Numbered from the stretch's first letter, positions 1 to 11,509 are shown. The stretch is DNA of 42,137 bases from Candidatus Latescibacterota bacterium (GCA_018335915.1 JAGXRL010000045.1:1-42137), one strand, 5' to 3'. The notes: generated from the letters alone by a model not told the origin. A program made the numbers and translations.

Positions 1-2079
<2,079 letters not shown>

Positions 2080-2125
2080 ATGAGCCTGCCATTTGTTAAA
2101 AAAGACTTTTAACTATACTTCCAGA

Positions 2126-2139
2126 TTTTCAAAGAACAA
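2126..2139 (-). promoter_or_regulatory. rrn boxA antitermination element
   Basis: Minus strand reads TGTTCTTTGAAAA in the 23S leader. Confidence 0.75.
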
Positions 2140-2198
2140 TTATTTTCGATTTAAATTTGACCACAGAACTATCGAGATAGATTCTGAGGGTAACAATA

Positions 2199-2226
2199 AT
2201 TATAACTAAACTTTCAGATTTGTCAA
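2199..2226 (-). promoter_or_regulatory. sigma70 promoter (proximal) for 23S rRNA
   Basis: TTGACA-16 bp-TATAAT on the minus strand. Confidence 0.85.
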
Positions 2227-2325
2227 GAGAAAACTTTTTCCAGCGGATTAGAGAAAAAAGGGTATAAATATCCTTCCACTTTTTTCTTTTACAGCAAATT
2301 AAGGAATCAAAGAACTACTGTTCAT

Positions 2326-2353
2326 ATTATATACATATTTATGTTTTTGTCAA
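2326..2353 (-). promoter_or_regulatory. sigma70 promoter (distal) for 23S rRNA
   Basis: Second TTGACA-16 bp-TATAAT on the minus strand, followed by a boxA-like GTTCTTTG. Confidence 0.85.
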
Positions 2354-2389
2354 GGATTAATTCAAGCGCGCTCGAAAAAAGTCACCCTC

Positions 2390-2418
2390 TTGACTTTTCG
2401 GCATTACTCTTTTATTAT
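2390..2418 (+). promoter_or_regulatory. sigma70 promoter for glycosyltransferase
   Basis: TTGACT-17 bp-TATTAT, divergent from the rRNA promoters. Confidence 0.55.
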
Positions 2419-2432
2419 AGATATCAAATTGT

Positions 2433-3572
2433 ATGCGTATACTGATTGTATCGACTGCTTACTGGCCTTATCCGTCCGGTGTCTCAGAAGTAATATATTA
2501 TTTATCCAATGAACTTAATGCACGCGGACACAAAGTGACAGTTCTGACCACCAATTACTCCAAAATTTATGACGACGGTCATAATGCAGATTTTGATGTG
2601 GTGCGGGTCGGCAAGGCAGTCGAAATTCATATCAACCAATCTGTGTCCCATATATCTTTAGGCTATGATATTCCTGTTAAAATAAAGCGTCTCTTGAAAA
2701 ACGAGCACTTTGATATTATTCATTATCATAATTGTTTTCCTTTAGAATTGGAATCCTGGGTCCTGCATTACTCAAAAACCATTAACTGCGTATCTTTCCA
2801 TACCATCGGATTCAAACGAAATCCGCTTTTTGATATCGGTGCGTTTATCTTTAAGAAGTATATTAATAAAATCCATGGCCACATCGCCATCTCGGAAATT
2901 GCCCGTAATTGGAACCGCCCGTATTTTCCCGGTGATTATACGATTATCCCGAATGGTGTTGATACCGAACGCTTTTCATTATCAGTCGAACCATTTGAGA
3001 AACCGAAAAATGCTTTTGTTATTCTTTACCTGGGTCGGCTACATCAAAGAAAAGGAATTTTTGTCGCCTTAGACGCTTTTAAAAATATCAAGGACAAATA
3101 TCCCAATACGCTTTTATATGTTGTCGGCAAGGGTCTTTTGGAAAACGAAGCCCAAGCATATACAGAAAAATTAGGACTAAACAATTGCTGCCGATTTTTT
3201 GGTTATGTCAGTCGCGATGAGCTGCCCCGTTTTTATCGCACCTGTGATGTCTTTATTTCGCCGGCATTAGGCGGGGAAGCACAGGGCATTGTTTTATTAG
3301 AAGCCATGGCAAGCGGCAAAGCCGTAATTGTATCCGCAATTCCCGGTTATCAGGAAGTCGTTGCGGACAATGAAAACGGTCTGCTTTTCCAGACCGGTTC
3401 AAGCCAGGATTTAGCAGAGAAAATCCGTTTGGTCATGAACGATAACCTGCTCCGACAAAAACTGGAAATAAATGCGCGCGGGCGGGCGGAACAATATGCC
3501 TGGCCCAAAATCGTTGAGCGGGTCGAAAATTATTATACCGAATTAATCGCCCATCATAAATCCTCGTTTTGA
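2433..3572 (+). CDS. GT4 family glycosyltransferase (PimA-like)
   Basis: MRILIVS..YWPYPSGV N-terminus, IPNGVD, YLGRL..RKG, EAQGIVLLEAMASG (EX7E) motif. Confidence 0.92.
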   Translation: MRILIVSTAYWPYPSGVSEVIYYLSNELNARGHKVTVLTTNYSKIYDDGHNADFDVVRVGKAVEIHINQSVSHISLGYDIPVKIKRLLKNEHFDIIHYHNCFPLELESWVLHYSKTINCVSFHTIGFKRNPLFDIGAFIFKKYINKIHGHIAISEIARNWNRPYFPGDYTIIPNGVDTERFSLSVEPFEKPKNAFVILYLGRLHQRKGIFVALDAFKNIKDKYPNTLLYVVGKGLLENEAQAYTEKLGLNNCCRFFGYVSRDELPRFYRTCDVFISPALGGEAQGIVLLEAMASGKAVIVSAIPGYQEVVADNENGLLFQTGSSQDLAEKIRLVMNDNLLRQKLEINARGRAEQYAWPKIVERVENYYTELIAHHKSSF

Positions 3573-3597
3573 CATTTATCGGTTCTTCTGGTATCAT
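3569..3597 (+). promoter_or_regulatory. sigma70 promoter for tRNA nucleotidyltransferase
   Basis: TTGACA-17 bp-TATCAT with an extended -10 TG. Confidence 0.6.
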
Positions 3598-3613
3598 TTA
3601 TTGATTAATAACA

Positions 3614-4996
3614 ATGAAACGCAATTTATCTAAGCTGTTATTTCAAAACCCAAAACTAAAGACCGTTTTGCCGATTCTTAATGGTGTAAATAAAAAAGGC
3701 GGGATTTATCTGGTTGGCGGTGCGGTTCGAGACGCTTTGCTGAAACGCACCCCTGATGATTTTGATTTTGCGGTTTCGGGCAGCGGTATTGCTTTTGCAC
3801 AAAAATTTGCCAAACAGACGCGAGGCGCTTTTGTTCTGCTTTCCCAACCAGATGATGAGGCACGGGTAGTCATTGACAAGACAACTTATGATTTTAACGG
3901 ACTTGGCAAAAAACCGCTTCAAAATGACCTTGCGCGGCGCGATTATACGGTTAATGCTATGGCAATTGATTTAAGAAAACCGAATACAATAATTGATAAG
4001 TTAAACAGCCGCCGCCATCTCAAACAAAAATTGCTTGTGCCGGCATCAGAAAATTCGCTCAAACTCGACCCGTTACGGATTCTGCGCGCATTTCGGCTTG
4101 CATTGGAACTGAATTTTCAAGTTTCGGATAAGGTTTTTTTGCTGGCTCGAGATATCACGCTTACCAAAATCGCGTCGGAGCGGATTTCCTACGAATTATT
4201 GCGGATTTGTGAATCGACCAAATCGCATAAATACGTCAAACAATTATATAAGCTTAATCTGCTCGAGCAAATCCTGCCACAAGCGATTCCGCTTCTGCGT
4301 GATAAGCCGCTCTTTGCCCATTCCTTACGCACCTATCACAAAATCGAATTGCTCGTATCCCGGAAAAGTTATTTTAACCGGTTCCAGGATGAATATGATA
4401 AATATTTTACAGGTTTTCCTTTTCGCCGGGCACTCTTAAAAATCACCGGGCTCCTGCACGATATTGCTAAACCGCAGACCCAGTTTAAAACTTCGGAAGG
4501 CGATGTCCATTTTTACGGACACGACAATCTCGGCGCAAAAATGGTCAAGCAACTTGCATCTGAAAAACTGCGCTTGTCCCGCAAACAAACACAGATGTTA
4601 AAAGACCTGGTTTCTTATCATATGCGGTTGCACTTATTGGCGACGGCGCCAGAACTGACAGACCGTGCTATTCGCAGATTTTTTCGTGATTTAGGTGATG
4701 AATTTTTTGGTCTTATGATACTGACTTATGCAGACGGTTATGCGACTGCTAAAATTACTAGCCACCTGGAACGTACTTTTACGCGGATGATGAAACTAAA
4801 AAAAGCCGACGACTCTAAAAAGAAAGTTATCCGTTTAATAAATGGTAATGATTTGATTGCACTCGGCTATAAACCCGGACCCTTTTTCAAAACTATTTTG
4901 CAGGAATTAGAAGAGCTCCAGCTTGATGGAAAAATTAAAAACAAAGAGCAGGGACTGGAATATATTAAAAATCATTTTCCTGAATTAACCACTTGA
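3614..4996 (+). CDS. cca: class II tRNA nucleotidyltransferase with HD domain (probably CC-adding type)
   Basis: YLVGGAVRD, DFD, DLARRDYTVNAMA, DPLRILRAFR, LLHDIAK motifs. Confidence 0.9.
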   Translation: MKRNLSKLLFQNPKLKTVLPILNGVNKKGGIYLVGGAVRDALLKRTPDDFDFAVSGSGIAFAQKFAKQTRGAFVLLSQPDDEARVVIDKTTYDFNGLGKKPLQNDLARRDYTVNAMAIDLRKPNTIIDKLNSRRHLKQKLLVPASENSLKLDPLRILRAFRLALELNFQVSDKVFLLARDITLTKIASERISYELLRICESTKSHKYVKQLYKLNLLEQILPQAIPLLRDKPLFAHSLRTYHKIELLVSRKSYFNRFQDEYDKYFTGFPFRRALLKITGLLHDIAKPQTQFKTSEGDVHFYGHDNLGAKMVKQLASEKLRLSRKQTQMLKDLVSYHMRLHLLATAPELTDRAIRRFFRDLGDEFFGLMILTYADGYATAKITSHLERTFTRMMKLKKADDSKKKVIRLINGNDLIALGYKPGPFFKTILQELEELQLDGKIKNKEQGLEYIKNHFPELTT

Positions 4997-5027
4997 CCAC
5001 AATAAATTTTACCGATAATATACAATA

Positions 5028-5858
5028 ATGCCTAAAGTAGTTGCGATAACAAATCAGAAAGGCGGGGTTGGCAAAACCACGACCGCAATCAATCTTTGCG
5101 CGGCTCTGGCATTGGAAGGCGAAAAGATTTTATTGGTCGATTTAGACCCGCAAGCCCATTCTACACTTGGTCTCGGTGTTCAGAAACACACCGTGACCAA
5201 ATCGGTCTATGATGCGATTTTAGACCAGGCCAAAACCAAGGATATCTACATAAAAATAAATGATAATCTTGACCTGCTGCCTTCAAATATATCATTGGCT
5301 GGCGCTGAAGTTGAGCTGGTTTCTTTACTTGACCGCGAAAACCGCTTAAAACGAGCAATCAATACGATGGCGCATGATTATTCTTATATCTTTATTGACT
5401 GCCCGCCGACCCTTGGTTTAATAACCATTAATGGGCTGGTCGCGGCAAATAGCGTTTTGATTCCGATTCAGTGCGAATATTATGCCCTGGAAGGAATTGT
5501 CCGATTACAGGACACAATTAATCTGGTTAAAAAACATATTAATCCTGAATTAAATATCGAAGGTATTGTCTTGACGATGTTTTCCAAACATATCAACCTA
5601 TCTATCCAGGTTGCGGATGAAGTCAGAAAATATTTTAATGAAAAAGTTTACGAGACAGCGATTCCGCGCTCAATTCGCCTGGCTGAAGCGCCCAGTTTTG
5701 GCAAGACAATTTTCCAGCATGATGCTAATTCTTCAGGCGCCCTGGCTTATCGCGCCTTGGCTCAGGAATTTTTATCAAAACAACCGAACCGCCTTCAATA
5801 TGTTCAACCAGGATTACAAAATATAGCAAGTTCTGATAACACAGAAATTAAACAATGA
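5028..5858 (+). CDS. parA: chromosome partitioning ATPase ParA/Soj
   Basis: NQKGGVGKTTT deviant Walker A, DLDPQ, DCPP, IPRSIRLAEAPSFG. Confidence 0.97.
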   Translation: MPKVVAITNQKGGVGKTTTAINLCAALALEGEKILLVDLDPQAHSTLGLGVQKHTVTKSVYDAILDQAKTKDIYIKINDNLDLLPSNISLAGAEVELVSLLDRENRLKRAINTMAHDYSYIFIDCPPTLGLITINGLVAANSVLIPIQCEYYALEGIVRLQDTINLVKKHINPELNIEGIVLTMFSKHINLSIQVADEVRKYFNEKVYETAIPRSIRLAEAPSFGKTIFQHDANSSGALAYRALAQEFLSKQPNRLQYVQPGLQNIASSDNTEIKQ

Positions 5859-5859
5859 G

Positions 5860-5913
5860 ACTACGGGGCACACAGATATTTTTAAACAAGTTTTATCCGT
5901 GTTTATCCGTAGC
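5860..5913. repeat. two-armed ~9-bp-period inverted repeat element
   Basis: CTACGG..CACACAGATA left arm and TATCCGTGTTTATCCGTAG right arm in the parA/parB spacer. Confidence 0.7.
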
Positions 5914-5928
5914 GATAAATAAATTAAT

Positions 5929-6822
5929 ATGAGTAAAAAAGCATTAGGTAAAGGAATTTACGCATTATTGCCCCAGTCGCCGGACAAGATTGAGACCGAA
6001 CCCGACCTTGTTCAGTATTTAGATGTAAATATTGTTAAGCCCAATCCGTATCAGCCGCGCATGAATCCGCAGGAAGATTTATCTGATTTGGTTGCGTCGA
6101 TTCGGGAAAAAGGGGTTATCCAGCCGATTTTGGTGCGCACCCGTAAAGAAGTTAATACTGACACGATTAATTATGAACTGGTCGTCGGTGAACGACGATT
6201 GCGCGCAGCCCGCGAAGCCGGTCTTGAAAAAATACCGGCAATTATCAAAGAGCTGACTGAAATCGAAATGGTCGAATGGGCATTGATTGAAAATATCCAG
6301 CGTGCCAATTTAAATATTATTGAAGAAGCCCTGGCTTATAAACGCCTGATGGAAGATTTTTCCATGACTCATGAGATGATTGCCGATAAAGTCGGTAAGA
6401 ACCGCTCGACCATTACCAATGCCTTAAGATTATTAACTCTGCCGGAAACGATTCGCAACTATATTTTGCAGAACAAAATCAGCTTTGGTCATGCCCGCGC
6501 TCTCTTATCTTTAACTGACCGCAAGCTTCAAGAACAAATCTGTGACCGAATCATCAATGAAGGACTCTCGGTACGTGATGCTGAAGCATTATGTATGCCC
6601 AATATAAAAACTCGTACCCGCCTGAGTAAAACCATACCTCAGAAACGACAGCCTGATGTCCATCTCGTTGCCTTGCAAGAACAGCTGCAGGATTATCTGC
6701 GTACTAAAGTAAATATTTCCAAGCGCGCTCAAAAAGGTGTGGTTTCGATTGAATTCTATTCAGATGACGATTTGACCCGTTTAATCAAACTGATTACCGG
6801 TAACAACACATCTTTAAAATAA
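5929..6822 (+). CDS. parB: chromosome partitioning protein ParB/Spo0J
   Basis: KKALGKG N-terminus, NPYQPR, GERRLRA box, ALIENIQR, HTH. Confidence 0.97.
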   Translation: MSKKALGKGIYALLPQSPDKIETEPDLVQYLDVNIVKPNPYQPRMNPQEDLSDLVASIREKGVIQPILVRTRKEVNTDTINYELVVGERRLRAAREAGLEKIPAIIKELTEIEMVEWALIENIQRANLNIIEEALAYKRLMEDFSMTHEMIADKVGKNRSTITNALRLLTLPETIRNYILQNKISFGHARALLSLTDRKLQEQICDRIINEGLSVRDAEALCMPNIKTRTRLSKTIPQKRQPDVHLVALQEQLQDYLRTKVNISKRAQKGVVSIEFYSDDDLTRLIKLITGNNTSLK

Positions 6823-6827
6823 ATACT

Positions 6828-6863
6828 TATTCGTGTAATGCGTATATTTGTGTTATTCGTGGT
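6828..6863 (+). repeat. ~9-bp-period repeat arm
   Basis: TATTCGTGTAATGCGTATATTTGTGTTATTCGTGGT. Confidence 0.7.
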
Positions 6864-6882
6864 AAAAAATAATTAGAATCCG

Positions 6883-7650
6883 ATGAAAAAAGAAATTGAA
6901 ATAATCATAACCTCTCTGTACAAGCCAAAAACCTTTCAGCGCCGTTTGTCTCTTTGGCAGTTTCGGTTCATTGTCATGATTGGCATCGTCCTCTTATTAT
7001 TGGGTGGTTTAGGGCTTTTTCTGCTGCATTATACAAATCAGCAGAATATGTCAATCCATTATTTAATTGAAGACAATCTTCGACTTGAACAGGAAAATAA
7101 AAAAGTAACCGAGCTCCAGAACCGGCTCAATTTTCTGGAAGCGGAACGGGCGAAAATAGCAATCATGCTCGGTGCCGATAAAAACCCACCGCCCCTAAAA
7201 CTCGAAGATTTACAAGAAGAATACAAACCGTATGAAAAACCGGAAATCATAACCAGCACATCCCGTTTTCAGTCCGCACCGACGACCGGTTATATCATTT
7301 CCCGCGGGTTTTCCAAAGCTCACGAAGCAGTCGATTTTGCGGCACCGCTCGGCATGCCGGTTTTTGCGGTCGGCTCAGGTGTAGTCAAAGATGTCGGTAA
7401 CGATACTTTTTATGGTAATTATATCCTGCTTGATTTAGGTGATAACTATCAGGCATTTTATGGCCATCTTTACAAAACCATTAAATCTGCTCAAGCAAAT
7501 GTTGCGGCTGGTGAAATTATCGGATATGTCGGCACTTCGGGCAGATCAACCGCCCCGCACCTTCATCTCGAAATTTGGCGAATCAAAGATGGTAAAAAAA
7601 TCCGTCTGGACCCCCAAAAAGAATTACAGGCAGTCCTCAAACCACGATAA
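6883..7650 (+). CDS. M23 family metallopeptidase with N-terminal TM and coiled coil
   Basis: HEAVD (HxxxD), YGHL, STAPHLHLE (HxH) motifs. Confidence 0.92.
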   Translation: MKKEIEIIITSLYKPKTFQRRLSLWQFRFIVMIGIVLLLLGGLGLFLLHYTNQQNMSIHYLIEDNLRLEQENKKVTELQNRLNFLEAERAKIAIMLGADKNPPPLKLEDLQEEYKPYEKPEIITSTSRFQSAPTTGYIISRGFSKAHEAVDFAAPLGMPVFAVGSGVVKDVGNDTFYGNYILLDLGDNYQAFYGHLYKTIKSAQANVAAGEIIGYVGTSGRSTAPHLHLEIWRIKDGKKIRLDPQKELQAVLKPR

Positions 7651-7677
7651 ACAAATCTGCGTTTATCTTTGTTCTTT

Positions 7678-8133
7678 TTAATATTTTGTAATTTTTTGCC
7701 TCATATTTTTCAGGTGTGTGCCTTCCCAATAATATTTTTCGCATTTTAAACAACAGGCAAACTTGTCTTTAGTCTGAAAAATATAAAACGGCACTTTGCC
7801 CTTTACGTCATCTTTGGCAACCGAAACCAGCTTTTGATTGCACCTTAGACATCTTGTGAATGGCTTGATTTCCTTTTGCAGATTAAAATGTTTAATTATT
7901 TGCGATACCTGCTCCTCGGCCTTTTCACTGCGGATAAACAACACTTCAGGATATGCTTTTAATTTTGTGTTGCGGGTCAAAAAAATTCTGTCTGTTTGTT
8001 TGGCTGACTTAAGTGCGGACAAAGGATTTGCCGCTAAATCTTTTTTCTCAATATATAAAGCATCAATTCCCAGCACCCGTAGTTCACGGGCCAGCTTACC
8101 GAGCATAAAATCAACCAGAAATCTGACCGCCAT
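7678..8133 (-). CDS. Mut7-C RNase domain protein (PIN fold plus Zn ribbon)
   Basis: RFLVDFMLGKLARELRVLG, FTRCLRCN, CLKCEKYYWEGTH. Confidence 0.92.
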   Translation of the reverse strand: MAVRFLVDFMLGKLARELRVLGIDALYIEKKDLAANPLSALKSAKQTDRIFLTRNTKLKAYPEVLFIRSEKAEEQVSQIIKHFNLQKEIKPFTRCLRCNQKLVSVAKDDVKGKVPFYIFQTKDKFACCLKCEKYYWEGTHLKNMRQKITKY

Positions 8134-8190
8134 ATATCTTATGATAGATTAGCATTTTGTTTTTGACAACATCTTTGTTTTAAATAGAAC

Positions 8191-8220
8191 GGGTGCGTCC
8201 TGGTTTTACAGGACGCACCC
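8191..8220. repeat. REP-like palindrome, copy 1
   Basis: GGGTGCGTCCTG-GTTTTA-CAGGACGCACCC perfect 12-bp stem; homolog at 11531-11560. Confidence 0.8.
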
Positions 8221-8249
8221 GCGATTAGTTCGCATATAAGACATTTATT

Positions 8250-8443
8250 AAAAAAGGAATTAGGGAAAGTGGGGTCAAGTTCTCAGACAGCTTGAAAGGA
8301 GGTTTGCATTGCATCACTATTCGGGGTCTGAATAGCGATGAAGGAGGTTAAGATGCTTTTTAGGGTGGGTATCTGAGAACACCTTTCCCTAATCCCTTTT
8401 ATATATTGACCAAATAAATTGTCAGAAGATGCTATTAGCTTAA
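8250..8443 (-). ncRNA. candidate structured small RNA (long rod with two CCUCCUU motifs)
   Basis: Upstream consensus promoter; 18-bp closing stem ending in a U tract, 11-bp inner stem, central bubble, 11-bp apical stem; G-U pairs favour the minus strand. Confidence 0.55.
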
Positions 8444-8449
8444 CAATTA

Positions 8450-8478
8450 ATTATAACAAATCTTGTTTTGGTTGTCAA
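8450..8478 (-). promoter_or_regulatory. sigma70 promoter for candidate sRNA
   Basis: Perfect TTGACA-17 bp-TATAAT on the minus strand. Confidence 0.8.
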
Positions 8479-8700
8479 CCCTGCGTTGTAAATCCGATGC
8501 TATATTTACTCTTCCAGTCTGGTCACAAATCTCCGTGTTTATTCTAACTCTGGTAGATGTTTGGAAAATCTTTAACATCAGACAGTCCGGTTCTTTCTGC
8601 CCGGTTCTTATCTGTCCTTCCTGTCATGTCTATATCAAAGATGTTATCACTCTTTATATTTCTGGATTTAATCAGAGAAACATTATTTTCTACATCAAAT

Positions 8701-8870
8701 CTAAATCTAAATAAAATTAGATTGTTTATTACAGCATTTATAGCAAACAATATGACCATGCCTGATGGCGACCCTATGAGTCGCTGACCGGTTAAATGTG
8801 TGCCTGATTTTACCTGAGCGCGACATGGCAAACGGCTCATCTTGACCATGCCAGGATACGGCATCCCGGC
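8701..8870. repeat. dispersed non-coding element, copy 1
   Basis: Aligns without gaps to the reverse complement of 31981-32150; 93/120 identical over 8751-8870 (manual count). Confidence 0.9.
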
Positions 8871-8907
8871 GCTATTATTTAACACACAACTTTAATTAAA
8901 ACCGTTG

Positions 8908-8927
8908 AATCCGTAAAATCCGTGGTT
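8908..8927 (+). repeat. ~9-bp-period repeat arm
   Basis: AATCCGTAAAATCCGTGGTT next to the murJ stop. Confidence 0.6.
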
Positions 8928-8951
8928 TCGATTTCTTGTTTTTGTGGTATC

Positions 8952-10493
8952 TTACTTTTTATTACCGGTTATCTTAAACACCTTTGCCAATAAATAGAAT
9001 ATACCCAAACCAATGACCCCGATGATTATTAATAAGACCAATGACTGCCATAACCCAGTAATCGGGAATTTATTAAGCAAGCGTTTTAAGAGTAAATAAC
9101 TTACGCCGCCGCTGATTAATGAAAATAAGAGAGATAGTAATGTTGTCTTAAGTATTTGCTTGCCGCCCAATGGACCGATTTTTCTTCGGCACAAATAGAA
9201 CAAAACTCCGAAATTAACAAAGGCGCAGAATGAAGTCGCTAATGGAAAAGCCTGAAAACCGATTACCCACATCAAACTTCTCACAATAATAAAATTTATT
9301 ATCACGACTGATAAACCGACAAATGCCGGTGTTTTAGTATCTTTTAAAGCATAAAAACAAGCCGCCACGCTTCTTACTCCGGCTGATGCAAAAATTCCCG
9401 GCGCGTATAACATTAATGCCTGGGCTGTAAATAGAGTGTCTTCAGGTGTAAACTTACCGCGCTGGTAAATGACCCGGCAAATCGGAATTGCTAAAACCAA
9501 AAACAAAGTGGCAATCGGTATGGTTAATAATGAGACCAGTTTCAATGCATGCCCTAATCTTTCTTTTAATGAAACAATCATATCCTGCGAAACCCGCGAT
9601 GAAAACTCAGCCACTGCAACACTGCCGATTGCGACGCCAAACAAACCGGCTGGTAAATGCATGACCCGATACGCATAATTAAGATAAGTAATCGAGCGCT
9701 CGGCTAAAAATGTAACCAAAAATGTATTGACCGCAAAATTTATCTGATATGCGGCAAAACCGAGAATAGTCGGCACCCATAAGAAAAAAACTCTTTGCAG
9801 TTGTTTGTCTTTCAAGTTAAAATAAAAATGGTAGTGAAATCCCTTTTTAAATAAGAGCGGTAATTGTACCCCAAATTGAAAAATTGCGCCAATCGTCACG
9901 CCATATGCCATACCCAGAATCGGCTCCATGCCCAGATTAACAAAATATTTATACGACACAACCGGCACCACAATTGAAAAGACATTGAAAAATGCCGGTG
10001 CGATTGCCGGAATAAAAAAATGCTTGAACGAATTTAAAATACCCATTGCCCAGGCAGCCAAGGCAACAAATAACAAGAACGGAAACATAACTCTGGTCAG
10101 GGCAATCGTCAGTTCTTGCTTACCCGGGGTCGCGCCAAAACCATAGGCAATCAGTTTCACAATTTGCGGTGCAAAAACAATACCCAGAACGCTTAATAAT
10201 CCGAGAAAGATAAACATGGTATTGAACATATTAGAAGCAAACCGCCAGATCTGTTTTCTTTCCTGGTGAGCTAAATTATCAATAAAGGTCGGCACAAACG
10301 CAGCGGACAGGGCGCTTTCCGCAAATAAATCACGCAGAAGATTGGGAATGCGAAACGCCACCTGATACGCATCAGTCGCAAAACCGGCGCCGAACAGATA
10401 AGCAAAAACCGATTCCCGACCCAGCCCGGCAATCCGGCTGATTAAAGTGCCGATTGTGAAATTTCCAACCCGTCGGGTAAATTTATCAAGCAT
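8952..10493 (-). CDS. murJ: lipid II flippase MurJ (MviN)
   Basis: SRIAGLGRE, DAYQVAFRIPNLLRDLFAE, AFVP, YAYRVMHLPAGLFG; many TM segments. Confidence 0.96.
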   Translation of the reverse strand: MLDKFTRRVGNFTIGTLISRIAGLGRESVFAYLFGAGFATDAYQVAFRIPNLLRDLFAESALSAAFVPTFIDNLAHQERKQIWRFASNMFNTMFIFLGLLSVLGIVFAPQIVKLIAYGFGATPGKQELTIALTRVMFPFLLFVALAAWAMGILNSFKHFFIPAIAPAFFNVFSIVVPVVSYKYFVNLGMEPILGMAYGVTIGAIFQFGVQLPLLFKKGFHYHFYFNLKDKQLQRVFFLWVPTILGFAAYQINFAVNTFLVTFLAERSITYLNYAYRVMHLPAGLFGVAIGSVAVAEFSSRVSQDMIVSLKERLGHALKLVSLLTIPIATLFLVLAIPICRVIYQRGKFTPEDTLFTAQALMLYAPGIFASAGVRSVAACFYALKDTKTPAFVGLSVVIINFIIVRSLMWVIGFQAFPLATSFCAFVNFGVLFYLCRRKIGPLGGKQILKTTLLSLLFSLISGGVSYLLLKRLLNKFPITGLWQSLVLLIIIGVIGLGIFYLLAKVFKITGNKK

Positions 10494-10597
10494 AATCTGT
10501 TCTCGTCATTGTATGATGAAAAAATGGGTTTGTAAATATTTATTATTCAATTTAATATCTTGTATTTTAGTCAATTTTACTTATAATCCTATAAACA

Positions 10598-11509
10598 ATG
10601 GATAAACAGCAAATAATCGATAAGATAAAGGCGCTCAAAAAAGAGCGAAATGCCGTAATTCTTGTGCACAATTACCAGCGGCCTGAGATTTACGAAGTTG
10701 CTGATTTTATCGGTGATTCGCTCGACTTATCTCAAAAAGCACAAGACACCAAAGTCCGTTTGATTGTCTTTTGCGGGGTCCATTTTATGGCTGAGACTGC
10801 CAAGATATTAAATCCGGATGCCAAGGTTTTATTGCCGGCAATTGATGCCGGTTGTGAAATGGCAGATATGATTAAAGCTGAAGCATTGCAGATCAAGAAA
10901 AAAGAACTCGGTAATATCGTGGTGGTTGCTTATGTCAACACTCCGGCTGATGTTAAAGCCGAATCTGATATCTGCTGCACTTCAGCTAATGCGGTAAAGG
11001 TTGTTGCGTCCATTCCTCAAGATAAAAAAATCCTGTTTGTGCCGGATAAAAACTTAGCCGCTTACGTACAAACACAAACGCACCGTGATATCATTGCCTG
11101 GCAAGGTTTTTGTTATGTTCATGCATTGTATTTTAATAAAGCCGATGTAGAACAGGCAAGGAAAGATTATCCAGATGCAAAAATTATTGTTCACCCTGAG
11201 TGTCTGCCGGAAGTTACCGAGGCAGCTGATTTTATCGCTTCAACCAGCGGTATGGTCAGATTAGCCAAAGAGTACGATGAAATCGTATTGGGAACTGAAG
11301 CAGGTATGTGCAACCGGATTAAACATGATTACCCAAACATTGCCTGCCATCCCTTAAAAAGAACTGCTATCTGTGTAAATATGAAAAAGATTACTTTAAA
11401 TAAAGTTTTAAATGTGCTTGAAACTGAAACCAATGAGGTTTTAGTTTCTGAACCAACCGCTTCAAAAGCCCGCCAGGCTTTAGTAAGAATGCTTGAAATT
11501 ACTGGTTAA
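10598..11509 (+). CDS. nadA: quinolinate synthase NadA
   Basis: [17 protein letters not shown], three Fe-S cysteines (AGCEMA, GFCYVH, AICVNMK), HPEC. Confidence 0.97.
   Translation: MDKQQIIDKIKALKKERNAVILVHNYQRPEIYEVADFIGDSLDLSQKAQDTKVRLIVFCGVHFMAETAKILNPDAKVLLPAIDAGCEMADMIKAEALQIKKKELGNIVVVAYVNTPADVKAESDICCTSANAVKVVASIPQDKKILFVPDKNLAAYVQTQTHRDIIAWQGFCYVHALYFNKADVEQARKDYPDAKIIVHPECLPEVTEAADFIASTSGMVRLAKEYDEIVLGTEAGMCNRIKHDYPNIACHPLKRTAICVNMKKITLNKVLNVLETETNEVLVSEPTASKARQALVRMLEITG

Noticed and set aside
8751-8870. Hammerhead, pistol, group II intron domain V or guanidine-II match
   Set aside because: Only short partial motifs (CUGAUG, GAGCCG); required core elements such as CUGAnGA...GAAA or ACGR loops are absent.
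8544-8885. 113-aa ORF over the duplicated element as a real gene
   Set aside because: No clear RBS; copy 2 has a stop in this frame; substitutions are not concentrated at third positions.
5028-8950. oriC or parS near parAB
   Set aside because: No DnaA-box cluster or TGTTTCACGTGAAACA-type palindrome seen by eye.
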